Assembly (NCBI GenBank): GCA_040766655.1
Contig: JAXGQB010000020.1
Span: 28,327-92,326, forward strand
DNA from: Anaerolineae bacterium
Lineage (GTDB): Bacteria > Chloroflexota > Anaerolineae > CG2-30-64-16
Direction: 5' to 3'
Length of the DNA stretch: 64,000 nucleotides
A model generated the notes under the pieces. It saw only the letters and a program-made list of their open reading frames with translations. It had not been told where the DNA came from and did no database searches. A program made the translations under genes and the position numbers. Shown piece after piece: positions 6,874-15,868 of the stretch (its first letter is position 1; each line of letters begins with the position of its first letter).

Positions 6874-7737
6874 ATGCGCAGCGAACAGACCATGCTCGAC
6901 CTGATCCTGGACACGGCCCGGGGCGATGACCGCATCCGGGCCGCGATCATGAACGGCTCGCGCACAAACCCAAACGCGCCGCGCGACCCCTTCCAGGATT
7001 TCGACATCGTCTATCTCGTCACCGACGTCGCGCCGTTCAGGCATAACCTCGCCTGGATCGGGCGTTTTGGGGAATTGATGATCCTGCAGATGCCCGACGA
7101 GATGGGGAGCCCGCCGCCCCTCCACGAGCACCGCTTCTGCTATCTCATGCAGTTCACCGACGGCAACCGCATCGACCTGAGCGTCGTCGAGGCCGCCGTG
7201 CTGCCCGAGCTACCGCGCGACAGCCTCAGCGTGCTCCTGCTGGACAAGGACGGGATCGTCCCACCCTTCCCCCCGCCGCACGAGGGTGATTACCTGCCCG
7301 AGCCGCCCACGATGAAGGCGTTCGCGGACTGCTGCAACGAGTTCTGGTGGGTGTGCCCTTACGTGGCCAAGGGGCTGTGGCGCGGCGAGCTCACCTATGC
7401 CCGCCACATGCTTGACGAAGCCGTGCGCGCGGAGCTCATGCAGATGCTGGAGTGGCACGTGGGCGCGCAGACCGGGTTCTCACGCAGCCCAGGCAAGCTC
7501 GGGAAGTACCTCCAGCGCTACCTGGCGCCGGAGTTGTGGGATCTGCTGCGCGCGACCTATACCGACGCAGAACACACCTGGGACGCGCTGTTCGCCATGG
7601 GCGAGCTATTTCGTAGCGCGGCACGGGGTGTCGCAGATCACTTCGGCTTCGACTACCCGCAGGGCGACGACGACCGCGTGACCGCACACCTGCGGCACGT
7701 GCGGTCGCTCCCTCGCGACGCACAGGAGATCTACTGA
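6874..7737 (+). CDS. aadK: Aminoglycoside 6-adenylyltransferase, ANT(6)/AadK family
   Basis: 287 aa. MRSEQTMLDLILDTA..DDRIRAAIMNGSRTNPNAPRDPFQDFDIVYLVTDV and CCNEFWWV..YVAKGLWRGEL match the B. subtilis AadK pattern over the whole length. Confidence 0.85.
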   Translation: MRSEQTMLDLILDTARGDDRIRAAIMNGSRTNPNAPRDPFQDFDIVYLVTDVAPFRHNLAWIGRFGELMILQMPDEMGSPPPLHEHRFCYLMQFTDGNRIDLSVVEAAVLPELPRDSLSVLLLDKDGIVPPFPPPHEGDYLPEPPTMKAFADCCNEFWWVCPYVAKGLWRGELTYARHMLDEAVRAELMQMLEWHVGAQTGFSRSPGKLGKYLQRYLAPELWDLLRATYTDAEHTWDALFAMGELFRSAARGVADHFGFDYPQGDDDRVTAHLRHVRSLPRDAQEIY

Positions 7738-8018
7738 GGATCGCTCGCTACTCCGCCTCGATACGATCGTAGCACAGGGGCAACGGCAGGACAACCGGTC
7801 TGCGCCGGCTGCGCGACCGCGCATTTGCAGGAGCTCATTGCGTCGAATGGGAACCAATGGCACTTAAAGCACAGTCGTGATTCCCTACAATGCGCTGCAG
7901 CACCTGGGACGCGCTCACTCCCACGCCACTCTCTCCGTGGCTGCTGCCAGGTCTGCGAATTCCTCGTCCCGGGCGTCCTGATCGCAGGCCGCGATCAGGA
8001 GAAGTAGGTACACGGGAC

Positions 8019-10058
8019 ATGTTGCGCGATCATCCGAAGCAGCGACCATGGTGGTCTTGGACCCTGGCAGCCATTGCGGTGCTGGCCTTGGCGCACCTTG
8101 CCGGTGGACCGGCACATGCCTCCACGATCACCGTGGCGCCAGGGGCTGCGGACATCAACGCGGGGGACGGGCTTTGCTCGCTCGGTGAAGCCGTTGCCAA
8201 CGCTAACGACGATGCCGCCACCCATGCGGATTGTGCTGCAGGGAACGGCGCGGACACCATCGAACTGGGCGCGTCGTCAGACTACGAGTTCACCACCGGC
8301 ACGGCGAGCGCGCTGGTGATCAGCGACGAGTTGGTCATCAACGGCAACGCTGCCACCGTCCGCCAGACCGGCAGCGCAAACCGGCGCTTGATCACCAACC
8401 TCTCGGGCACCATCCTTGTACTGCGCCACCTGACGCTGCAGGATGGTTACACCTTCGAGAATGGCGGCGCCATCGCCAACAGCGGTGATCTGACGGTCAC
8501 GAACGTCACGTTCGACGGCAACTCCGCACTCATGAATGGCGGCGCCATCTTCCTCTCCGCCAGCAGTCCCGGCGCCGCACTACGCGTCCAGAACGCCACG
8601 TTCACCGGCAACGCAGCGATCGGCACCGGGAGCGGAGGCGCCATCTATGCCAGTGGCAGCAACTTCAGCTTCCTGGTCCGCGACAGCACCTTCGATGACA
8701 ACCGCGCGCTGAACGGTGGCGCGATCTACCTCTCCCAATCCCCGGCTACCGGCCTGATCGCGTACTCGACGTTCACCGGCAACCGTGCCTACTCCAACGG
8801 GGGTGCGATCTACCTGAGTTCCTCCCTGTCGAACGCCATGCGGCTGGATCACCTCACATTGACGGGCAACCAGGCTGACTCGGCCGGAGGCGGCCTCTAT
8901 CTCAGTGTCTCGGCCGAGATTGCCTCCAGCGACCTATCGCTGAACACGGCAGGCACATCGGGCGGAGGGATTGCAACGTCCAGCGCGTTAACCCTCACGC
9001 AGGTGTCGCTGCGTGACAACAGCGCAGCCGTCAATGGAGCCGGGCTAAACGTCATTCTTGTCAGCACCAGTCCGAGGGTCATCCGCTACAGCGAGATCAG
9101 CGGCAACAGCGCGGGCAACAACGGCGGCGGCATGGCAGTTATCGAGGGCGGTGCGGTCAACCTGTCGCACAGCACGATCAGCGGCAACGATGCAGCCAAC
9201 GATGGCGGCGGCCTCTTTTTGGAGCGCGCGACGGCCCAGCTCAGCTTCAGCACCCTGATGAACAACACGGCAGGCAGCGACGGCGGCGGGTTCCACGCCA
9301 TGGCCACCTTCGACGCCGCCGAAGTCTTGCTGCGCAACACCATCAACCTGAACAACAGCACGCCCGCCACGGGCTTCTATGACTGTTCGGCGTTCGGGGC
9401 TGGCGTCACCGTCACCACGCAGGGCTACAACCGCTATTCCGGCAGTGCGCTCAGCGGCTGCGCCGCCTACCTCACGGATCCGACCGACGACTTCGTAAGC
9501 ACGCCCAGCGTTTATGTCGATCTTGCTCTCATTGACAACGGCGGGCCGACGCTGACCCACGAGATCTTCGCCGTGCAGGGCGATCCCAAGAGCTTCCACA
9601 ACCAGGTCCCGGATGGCGCCAACGGCTGCCAGGCGGGAGCCACGCTCGACCAGCGCGGCTACACCCGAGCGGGCGGGCCGGGAGCCGGAGGCAGCCGGTG
9701 TGACATCGGCGCGTATGAAGTGAGCGATTTCTGTGCCACCCCATCGGCGCCGGATGTGGCCATCGAACTCGCCGGCAGCGCCGTCACCCTCTCGTGGACG
9801 CAACCGGCCGGCAACTTCAGCACCGAGATCTGGCGCGCGCCAGATCCCTACTTCGATCCTAATACGCCTGGTGGCCGCCTGCCCTACAATACGGTGGACA
9901 CGACGTACGAGTTCGACGCCGCTGCGGGCTTCCAGGAACCGGCCAATCCGGCCCTGAACCAGTTTTACGTCGTGCGGGGGGTTTCTGGGTGCGGCTTTGT
10001 GTCGTCTGGCGTGGACCGGGTAGGCGAATTCGACTTCGCACTCACCCCAGGCAGCTGA
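8019..10058 (+). CDS. Secreted right-handed beta-helix repeat protein (GGAIY/PMP-like repeats) with a C-terminal FN3-like domain ending in GEFDFALTPGS
   Basis: The ORF track starts at 7890. The ATG at 8019 gives a signal-peptide-like WWSWTLAAIAVLALAHLAGGPAHA. CSLGEAVANANDD...DTIEL head, then more than 12 repeats of the N-GGAI/GGG-x type. Confidence 0.8.
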   Translation: MLRDHPKQRPWWSWTLAAIAVLALAHLAGGPAHASTITVAPGAADINAGDGLCSLGEAVANANDDAATHADCAAGNGADTIELGASSDYEFTTGTASALVISDELVINGNAATVRQTGSANRRLITNLSGTILVLRHLTLQDGYTFENGGAIANSGDLTVTNVTFDGNSALMNGGAIFLSASSPGAALRVQNATFTGNAAIGTGSGGAIYASGSNFSFLVRDSTFDDNRALNGGAIYLSQSPATGLIAYSTFTGNRAYSNGGAIYLSSSLSNAMRLDHLTLTGNQADSAGGGLYLSVSAEIASSDLSLNTAGTSGGGIATSSALTLTQVSLRDNSAAVNGAGLNVILVSTSPRVIRYSEISGNSAGNNGGGMAVIEGGAVNLSHSTISGNDAANDGGGLFLERATAQLSFSTLMNNTAGSDGGGFHAMATFDAAEVLLRNTINLNNSTPATGFYDCSAFGAGVTVTTQGYNRYSGSALSGCAAYLTDPTDDFVSTPSVYVDLALIDNGGPTLTHEIFAVQGDPKSFHNQVPDGANGCQAGATLDQRGYTRAGGPGAGGSRCDIGAYEVSDFCATPSAPDVAIELAGSAVTLSWTQPAGNFSTEIWRAPDPYFDPNTPGGRLPYNTVDTTYEFDAAAGFQEPANPALNQFYVVRGVSGCGFVSSGVDRVGEFDFALTPGS

Positions 10059-10194
10059 CGCCCAAATCGCGGGTGCGGTGGCACCGGCGCGCCCACGAGC
10101 GCCGGGGCGGATTTCCTCTTTCGCTGAGCCGTGCTACACTGGTTGTGCTCAGCAGAACAAGGAGAGGTGGGCGCCTGGCCCACGCGCGAGAACC

Positions 10195-10830
10195 ATGGCG
10201 ACGACATTCATCCTGGTGCGTCACGGCCAGACCGAGTGGAACCGTGTGGAGCGGTTTCGCGGTCGCGCCGACGTGCCGCTCAATGAGACCGGCCTGGCCC
10301 AGGCCGCGGCCACCGGCCGCCGCGTGGCTGGGCAGTGGCGGCCGGATGCGATCTATGCCAGCCCGCTCAGCCGCGCGGTGGTCACCGCAGAGGCGATCGC
10401 CGCGCCGGTCGACCTGCCCGTGCTGCGCCTGCCGGGCCTGGTCGACATCGACTACGGCGACTGGCAGGGCCTGACGCCAGACGAGGCGCGCGCGGCCTGG
10501 CCCGACCTGGTCCACGCGTGGTACACGGCCCCCGAAACCGTGCAGATCCCGCACGGCGAATCACTGGATGCGCTGCGCGAGCGCGCCATAGCCGCGATCC
10601 ACGCGCTGGCGGACCGCCACGCGGGCCAGACGATCGCGCTGGTCAGCCACACGGTTGTCAACCGGGTCATCCTGCTCGCGATCCTGGGCCTGGGCAACGA
10701 GCGCTTCTGGCGCGTCCGTCAGGACAACTGCGCGCTCAACGTATTCGAGGCCGAGCGAGGCGACTTCACGTTGGTGTCGCTGAACGACACGTGTCACCTG
10801 CGAGAGGGTCTGCCGCCTTTGGAATCCTGA
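10195..10830 (+). CDS. Histidine phosphatase family protein (phosphoglycerate mutase / alpha-ribazole phosphatase-like)
   Basis: The internal ATG at 10195 gives MATTFILVRHGQTEWN with the RHG catalytic motif, and VSH later. The upstream extension in the ORF track is Arg/Pro-rich and non-genic in appearance. Confidence 0.85.
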   Translation: MATTFILVRHGQTEWNRVERFRGRADVPLNETGLAQAAATGRRVAGQWRPDAIYASPLSRAVVTAEAIAAPVDLPVLRLPGLVDIDYGDWQGLTPDEARAAWPDLVHAWYTAPETVQIPHGESLDALRERAIAAIHALADRHAGQTIALVSHTVVNRVILLAILGLGNERFWRVRQDNCALNVFEAERGDFTLVSLNDTCHLREGLPPLES

Positions 10831-10922
10831 CAAGCGGCCGGGGCACGTTGCGGAACAGGCAGGTTGGCGCGAGAATAGTGCCGCATCGCACAACACCAAC
10901 CATTCCACGGGAGGGTACACTC

Positions 10923-11723
10923 ATGACGATGATTTCGTCCTTCGACGGCGCCCAGCTCTACCTGAACCGAGAGGTGGCCGACGACAACCGCTGCGTCGCG
11001 GTCATCGTGCACGGGCTGGCCGAGCACCAGGGGCGCTACGACTACCTGGCCGGCCTGTTCCACCAGGCCGGCATCGGCACGTATCGCTTCGACCATCGCG
11101 GGCACGGGCGCTCGGAAGGGGAGAATGCGTACTACGCGGACTACAACGAGATGCTCGGCGACGTAAACGTGGTGGTCGACATGGCCATCGCGGAGAACCC
11201 GGGGAAACCGGTCTTCCTGGTAGGGCACAGCATGGGCGGCTTCGCGGTGTCGCTCTACGGGGTCAAGTATCCCGACAAGGGGCTGCGCGGCATCGTCACG
11301 AGCGGCGCGCTGACCGCCGACAACAAGCGCCTGATCTCAGACATCCCGCGCGTGCTCGATCCGCACATGCAGCTTCCCAACGAGCTGGGCAGCGGGGTAT
11401 GTTCCGTGCCCGAGGTGGTGGAATGGTACGGCCTGGACCCGCTCAACCGCAAATCCTTCTCCGCGGGGCTGGTCTATGCGTTGCTCGAGGGCGTTGCATG
11501 GTTCGGCGAGCGGGCGAAGAGCTTCGCGTACCCGGTGCTGATGATGCACGGCGAGGATGACGGACTCGTCTCCGTGCAGGACACCTATGGGTTCTTCGCG
11601 GCCGCCTCATCGAAGGACCGGCAGATGAAGATCTATGGCGGCCTGTACCACGAGATCTTCAACGAATACTGCCGCGATGAGGTCATCGGCGACGCGATTC
11701 GCTGGATCATGGCAAGGACTTAG
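10923..11723 (+). CDS. Alpha/beta hydrolase (lysophospholipase / monoacylglycerol lipase-like)
   Basis: MTMISSFDG... with HGLAEHQGRY and the nucleophile elbow GHSMGG. GGGAGGG RBS before the ATG at 10923. The long ORF starting at 10335 is an in-frame artefact. Confidence 0.85.
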   Translation: MTMISSFDGAQLYLNREVADDNRCVAVIVHGLAEHQGRYDYLAGLFHQAGIGTYRFDHRGHGRSEGENAYYADYNEMLGDVNVVVDMAIAENPGKPVFLVGHSMGGFAVSLYGVKYPDKGLRGIVTSGALTADNKRLISDIPRVLDPHMQLPNELGSGVCSVPEVVEWYGLDPLNRKSFSAGLVYALLEGVAWFGERAKSFAYPVLMMHGEDDGLVSVQDTYGFFAAASSKDRQMKIYGGLYHEIFNEYCRDEVIGDAIRWIMART

Positions 11724-12313
11724 GGTTGCCCCGGGACATGGCTGAGCCGCTCGGCCACGCGCTTCGGGAGCGCGCGGCCGAGTTCGCACAGGATGACGCC
11801 GAGCGCAGGGATGATGTGATTGGTGCGGTAGAACGGATCGCTGCCCGCGCTGGCGTCCGCTCCGCCCGCAACCAGGCCGGCAAGGTAGCAGGCTGGTGCG
11901 ACGAAGCCGCCGCTTGTGTCGCCCAGCCGATGTGATAGACGGATCAGGTCCTGCGCGGTCGGTACGGGCAGGTCGTTGACCGTGGGATTGGTGCGCGGTC
12001 CCCACGCGGTGAGCAGCAGGATGGCACAATCTGCGAGCGCGTCCTTGTACGCCGGTCCATGCGCTGCAGCGGATTCGCCATTACCGTTGCCCTGCAGGAC
12101 GGTGTCCCGCGCCTCGTCCGCCTCGCCCGCAGCCAGGCGCAGTGCCTGGTCGGGGCGCAACGAAGGCGGCAGGTCGGTGCTACGCTGGCGATAGTCCCAG
12201 ACCGAGCGATGCGACCGCTCGATCACGTCGAGGATCCACCGATAAGTGAACTCGGTGGGCGCGCGCTCGACGCGGATCATCTCGGCCCCCTCACAGGTCT
12301 GGCAGACGGCCAC
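11720..12313 (-). CDS. Hypothetical protein
   Basis: 197-aa ORF with plausible amino-acid composition but no motif I recognise. The start is uncertain (GTG 12313 or ATG 12280). Confidence 0.45.
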   Translation of the reverse strand: MAVCQTCEGAEMIRVERAPTEFTYRWILDVIERSHRSVWDYRQRSTDLPPSLRPDQALRLAAGEADEARDTVLQGNGNGESAAAHGPAYKDALADCAILLLTAWGPRTNPTVNDLPVPTAQDLIRLSHRLGDTSGGFVAPACYLAGLVAGGADASAGSDPFYRTNHIIPALGVILCELGRALPKRVAERLSHVPGQP

Positions 12314-12317
12314 AGGG

Positions 12318-12491
12318 TTACTCGCCTTCAGGCGACGCCGCAGTTCCGCGCCGACTCAGCTCAGCCCGCAGCCGCTCCACCTCGCCCAGCAGCAGCCTGA
12401 CGTCGTCGCGGTCAAAGACCTGCCACTGGGTCAAATCGATCGCCTCACGAATCTCCGCCAACCGTTCATCGATCCGGTACCTGCTCATCAT
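12318..12491 (-). CDS. Small hypothetical protein (57 aa, helical-looking)
   Basis: MMSRYRIDERLAEIREAIDLTQWQVFDRDDVRLLLGEVERLRAEL. Only the 3' part of the 204-aa track ORF looks genic; the rest runs through the 39-bp repeats. Confidence 0.3.
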   Translation of the reverse strand: MMSRYRIDERLAEIREAIDLTQWQVFDRDDVRLLLGEVERLRAELSRRGTAASPEGE

Positions 12492-12700
12492 GGTCGCTGC
12501 TCCCCCACCCTGTGATCGGTGCACGTGAAGAGTAGGCCCGTCGCTTTCCGCCGGATGGATTCCGCCGCGCGGATGCCACTGCCTGGCCACGCGCACCCTT
12601 CTGCCCACGGATGATAGCAGGCGCGCGTGACGGGTGCATGATGTCAGGATGACAGATCGATGAACTTGTGTGTGTCTCTGAAGGAAATGTGCGGCCCATG

Positions 12701-12908
12701 GCGATCCGCGCGTCTTGAGGTGCCCGGCACCTCGGAGGTGCCGGACACCTGGATCAAGCCAGGCGCGCGTCCTGAGGTGCCGGGCACCTGGATCAAGCCA
12801 GGCGCGCGTCCTGAGGTGCCGGGCACCTGGATCAAGCCAGGCGCGCGTCCTGAGGTGCCGGGCACCTGGATTATCGAGATCATACGCCTCTGGGTGCCCG
12901 GCACCTGG
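12701..12908. repeat. Tandem 39-bp palindrome-containing repeat array (three exact-register units plus degenerate flanking units)
   Basis: The unit GGATCAAGCCAGGCGCGCGTCCTGAGGTGCCGGGCACCT starts at 12751, 12790 and 12829. A degenerate fourth unit lies at 12868-12906 and partial units lie upstream. Each unit carries the palindrome AGGTGCC-G-GGCACCT. Confidence 0.9.
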
Positions 12909-12928
12909 AAGGCAGTAGCCGCCGGCCG

Positions 12929-14326
12929 TCAACCCCCGGCCGGCGGTGAAAACTCGAAGCCCGAGACGATGCGACCGTCCGGATCGTAGCGCGCCTTGAC
13001 GGCCTGCAGCCGCCCCAACGCCTGCTCGCTGTACCCATCACGCGTGCGCCCGCGCAGCTCGTCGCCCTCGATGAAGTTCATGTAAATCTTACCCGTTCGA
13101 GCCGGTCCCAGGGCCGCGCGCAGTTGCCCGAGATGCTGGCGATACTGGCTGGCCGCCTCATCGCTCGGCGCCACGCCGACCGCGTAACAGATGAACCGCT
13201 CGTCGCGGTGCGAGAAGGCGTTGGCATCCGCGGCCACCCGCGAGATCGCCCCGCCTGCAAGGCGCACCTCGCAGAAGATGAGGCTCGGAGGCCCGCCCTG
13301 CGGGAAGGCATGACGGATCAGGACGTCTGCAGTCTCGTCCGAGAGATCGCGGATCCATTCGCACGAGGCCATCGCAGGCAGCGGATCGACCGGGTCCTGG
13401 CTGATCTGGTCTGACTCGCGGAACGAGCGCTCCCGGAAGTCGTCGATGAGGGGCGCCCGCCACTCACGCCAGTGGCTCAGCAACTCCTCCCCCAGTGCGG
13501 TAGACCCCACGTAGCACCCGCGAACGATCACGAAGGATTGCCCGCGCATCTCGGGCGGCAGCTCTGGCAGAGGCGGGACGTTCATCAGCACGATCGAGCA
13601 GGTCAGCTCGTCCGGCGCATCGGCCACCCACTCCCGATAGCGCCGGAACACGTCCTTCGCCATCGCGGCCCCGTAGAACAGGTTGCCCGCGTAGACCCGG
13701 TCCACCGGGTGGAGGCGGATCTCCATGCCTGTGACCACGCCGAACCCGCCCCCGCCGCCGCATAGCGCCCAGAACAGATCTGTGTTCTCCTCCGGGCTCG
13801 CGTTGCGAATCATGGCATCCGCGGTGACCACCTCGAAGCGCAGCACGCTGTCGACGGCCATGCCATACTTGCGCGCGAGCCAGCCCATGCCGCCGCCGAG
13901 CGTGTAGCCCACCGCGCCGACGTCGCTTGATGAGCCGAGCAGAGGTGCGAGGCCGTGCGCCTGGGCCTGGTCGAGCACCGCGCCCCACTTCGCGCCCGCA
14001 GCCACCCACGCCGTCCGCGCCCGCGGGTCGATGGCGACGTCCTGCATGCGCGCCGTGTTGATCAGGATGCACCCCCGGCCATCCACGTTTTCGCGGTGCC
14101 CGGTTGCCTGGACAACCACGCCCAGATCGTGCCGCCGCGCAAAGTCCATCACTTCGCGCACATCCTGGGCACTCTCGGGGAAGACGATGGCGTCGGGCGT
14201 CTTGTGCGCCCGCAGATTCCAGGCCAAGCGCCCGGTCTCGTAGGCCCCGTCATCCGGGAGCACCACCTTCCCGTGCAGTCGACTGGCGAGCTCGCGGTAC
14301 TCGCCCGCATTCGTGTGTTGATTCAT
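12929..14326 (-). CDS. FAD-linked oxidase (FAD_binding_4 plus BBE-like C-terminal domain)
   Basis: 465 aa. VVQATGH, GYTLGGGMGWLARKYG and a C-terminal YDPDGRI-type BBE tail. GGAGG RBS before the ATG at 14326. Confidence 0.88.
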   Translation of the reverse strand: MNQHTNAGEYRELASRLHGKVVLPDDGAYETGRLAWNLRAHKTPDAIVFPESAQDVREVMDFARRHDLGVVVQATGHRENVDGRGCILINTARMQDVAIDPRARTAWVAAGAKWGAVLDQAQAHGLAPLLGSSSDVGAVGYTLGGGMGWLARKYGMAVDSVLRFEVVTADAMIRNASPEENTDLFWALCGGGGGFGVVTGMEIRLHPVDRVYAGNLFYGAAMAKDVFRRYREWVADAPDELTCSIVLMNVPPLPELPPEMRGQSFVIVRGCYVGSTALGEELLSHWREWRAPLIDDFRERSFRESDQISQDPVDPLPAMASCEWIRDLSDETADVLIRHAFPQGGPPSLIFCEVRLAGGAISRVAADANAFSHRDERFICYAVGVAPSDEAASQYRQHLGQLRAALGPARTGKIYMNFIEGDELRGRTRDGYSEQALGRLQAVKARYDPDGRIVSGFEFSPPAGG

Positions 14327-14488
14327 GCCGTACCTCCTGGCAAGTATTATACGAATGCCATACTAATACTAAATAAACGATCATGTCAAGCGAAGAGTGA
14401 GCTCGCATGATCGAAGGCGCGCATAGCGGCTGTGGGAAGCCAGGAGGTTGGTCTGTGAAGAAGTCGGGGGCGTTAGTCTCGCGGCTTC

Positions 14489-14563
14489 AGGTGCCGGGCA
14501 CTTCGGAAGTGCCCGGCACCTGGATCAAGTTCGTTGCGCCGCGTTGGGTGCCGGGTGCCTGGG
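14489..14563. repeat. Second locus of the AGGTGCCGGGCACCT / GGATCAAG repeat family
   Basis: CAGGTGCCGGGCACTTCGGAAGTGCCCGGCACCTGGATCAAG followed by one degenerate 39-nt unit. Same orientation as the array at 12701-12908. Confidence 0.85.
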
Positions 14564-14574
14564 GCACGCGCCCC

Positions 14575-15735
14575 TCAGTGCTTCCGCATCGATGCGATCT
14601 CGCGCACCGCGTCGATCGCCTTTGCGATGTGCTCCTCGGTGTTGAACGGCCCGATGCCGAACCGGACTGCGCCGCGGCGCTTCATCGTTCCCAACTGCTC
14701 GTGCACCAGCGGCGCGCAGTGGAGGCCGGTGCGACACGCGATGTCGTGGTCGACGTCGAGCATGGTGCCGACGTCGGCAGCATCCATGCCCTCCACATTG
14801 AACGCGAGCACCGCGATGTGGTTGGCCAGGTCGTCCTGGCAGTAGAGCACGACGCCGGGAATGCTCGCCAGCCCGTCGCGCAGGGTGCGCGCCAGGCCCA
14901 TCTCGTACTCATGGACCGCGTCGAGCCCTCGCGCCAGGATCCACTTCACCCCTGCATTCAGGCCCGCGATGCCGACGGTGTTGTGCGTGCCGTATTCCAG
15001 CCGGAAGGGATACTCCTCCAGGTGGGTGCGGATGGCCGAACGGACGCCGGTGCCCCCCGCGCGCGTCTGGCGGATGTCGATCCCCTCGCGCACGTACAGC
15101 CCGCCGATGCCGGTAGGCCCGAGAAGCGATTTGTGCCCCGTGAACGCGACCACGTCCACGAACTGCTCCTCTATGTCGATCGGGATCTTGCCCGCGGACT
15201 GGGACGCGTCGATGGCGAAGGGGATGCCGGCCTCGCGGCAGTAGCGTCCGATCTCGCGGATGGGCTGGATGGTCCCGATCACGTTGGAGGCATGGTTGAC
15301 GATGACGAGGCGTGTGTTGGGCCGGAATCGGCGGCGGATCTCATCCGGATCCACGAACCCCGCGCCGTCGAAGGGGACCAGATCGACATCGACCCCGTCA
15401 AGCGACAGATGGTAGAGCGGCCGCAGGACCGAGTTGTGGTCCAGAACCGTCGAGATAGCGTGGTCGCCCGGCTTGAGCATGCCGAAGATGATCAGGTTCA
15501 GGGCGTCCGTCGAGTTGTGCGAGAAGCAGAGCCGGTTCGGATCCGTGCCGTTGAAGAGCGACATCAGCATCTTGCGCGTGCCGTCAACGATGGAGCCCGC
15601 CTCCAGGCACAGGTCGTACCCCGACCGGCCGGGGTTGACACCGTAGCAGCGGTAGAAGTGGTCCATGTAGGCGTACACTTCTTCGGGCTTGGGGAACGAC
15701 GTCGCCCCGTTGTCGATGTAGATCAGGTCACCCAT
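14575..15735 (-). CDS. Class V aminotransferase / cysteine desulfurase-like PLP enzyme
   Basis: The internal ATG at 15735 (GGAGG RBS) gives MGDLIYIDNGATSFPKP. SNVIGTIQPI and the PLP-lysine context FTGHKSLLGPTGIGGLY are present. Confidence 0.85.
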   Translation of the reverse strand: MGDLIYIDNGATSFPKPEEVYAYMDHFYRCYGVNPGRSGYDLCLEAGSIVDGTRKMLMSLFNGTDPNRLCFSHNSTDALNLIIFGMLKPGDHAISTVLDHNSVLRPLYHLSLDGVDVDLVPFDGAGFVDPDEIRRRFRPNTRLVIVNHASNVIGTIQPIREIGRYCREAGIPFAIDASQSAGKIPIDIEEQFVDVVAFTGHKSLLGPTGIGGLYVREGIDIRQTRAGGTGVRSAIRTHLEEYPFRLEYGTHNTVGIAGLNAGVKWILARGLDAVHEYEMGLARTLRDGLASIPGVVLYCQDDLANHIAVLAFNVEGMDAADVGTMLDVDHDIACRTGLHCAPLVHEQLGTMKRRGAVRFGIGPFNTEEHIAKAIDAVREIASMRKH

Positions 15736-15868
15736 GCGTGCCTCCTTGCAGTGATGTGGCGAAATAGGCTTGCGTAGGACCGGGTGTCCGCCTGGCGGGC
15801 TGGCACCCGGCATGATCGGCGGGCGAGTGAGACGCGACGATATCCATTCCTCGCCGCGCGTCGATACG

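Noticed and set aside
10335-10922. N-terminal 196-aa extension of the alpha/beta hydrolase ORF, overlapping the histidine phosphatase gene
   Set aside because: The extension is Arg/Pro/Gly-rich and overlaps a well-supported gene in another frame. A strong RBS and ATG at 10923 start the recognisable hydrolase.
12701-12908. Regularly spaced 39-bp repeats considered as a possible CRISPR array
   Set aside because: The units are directly tandem with no unique spacers. No cas genes are in the window. The repeats are better described as tandem REP-like palindromes.
12318-12932. 204-aa ORF (and the plus-strand ORF at 12660-12989) containing perfect 13-aa repeats
   Set aside because: The repeats are simply the 39-bp DNA repeat read in frame. 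Both strands give open frames through it, and the composition is non-genic. Only the last 57 codons (12318-12491) are kept, as a low-confidence gene.
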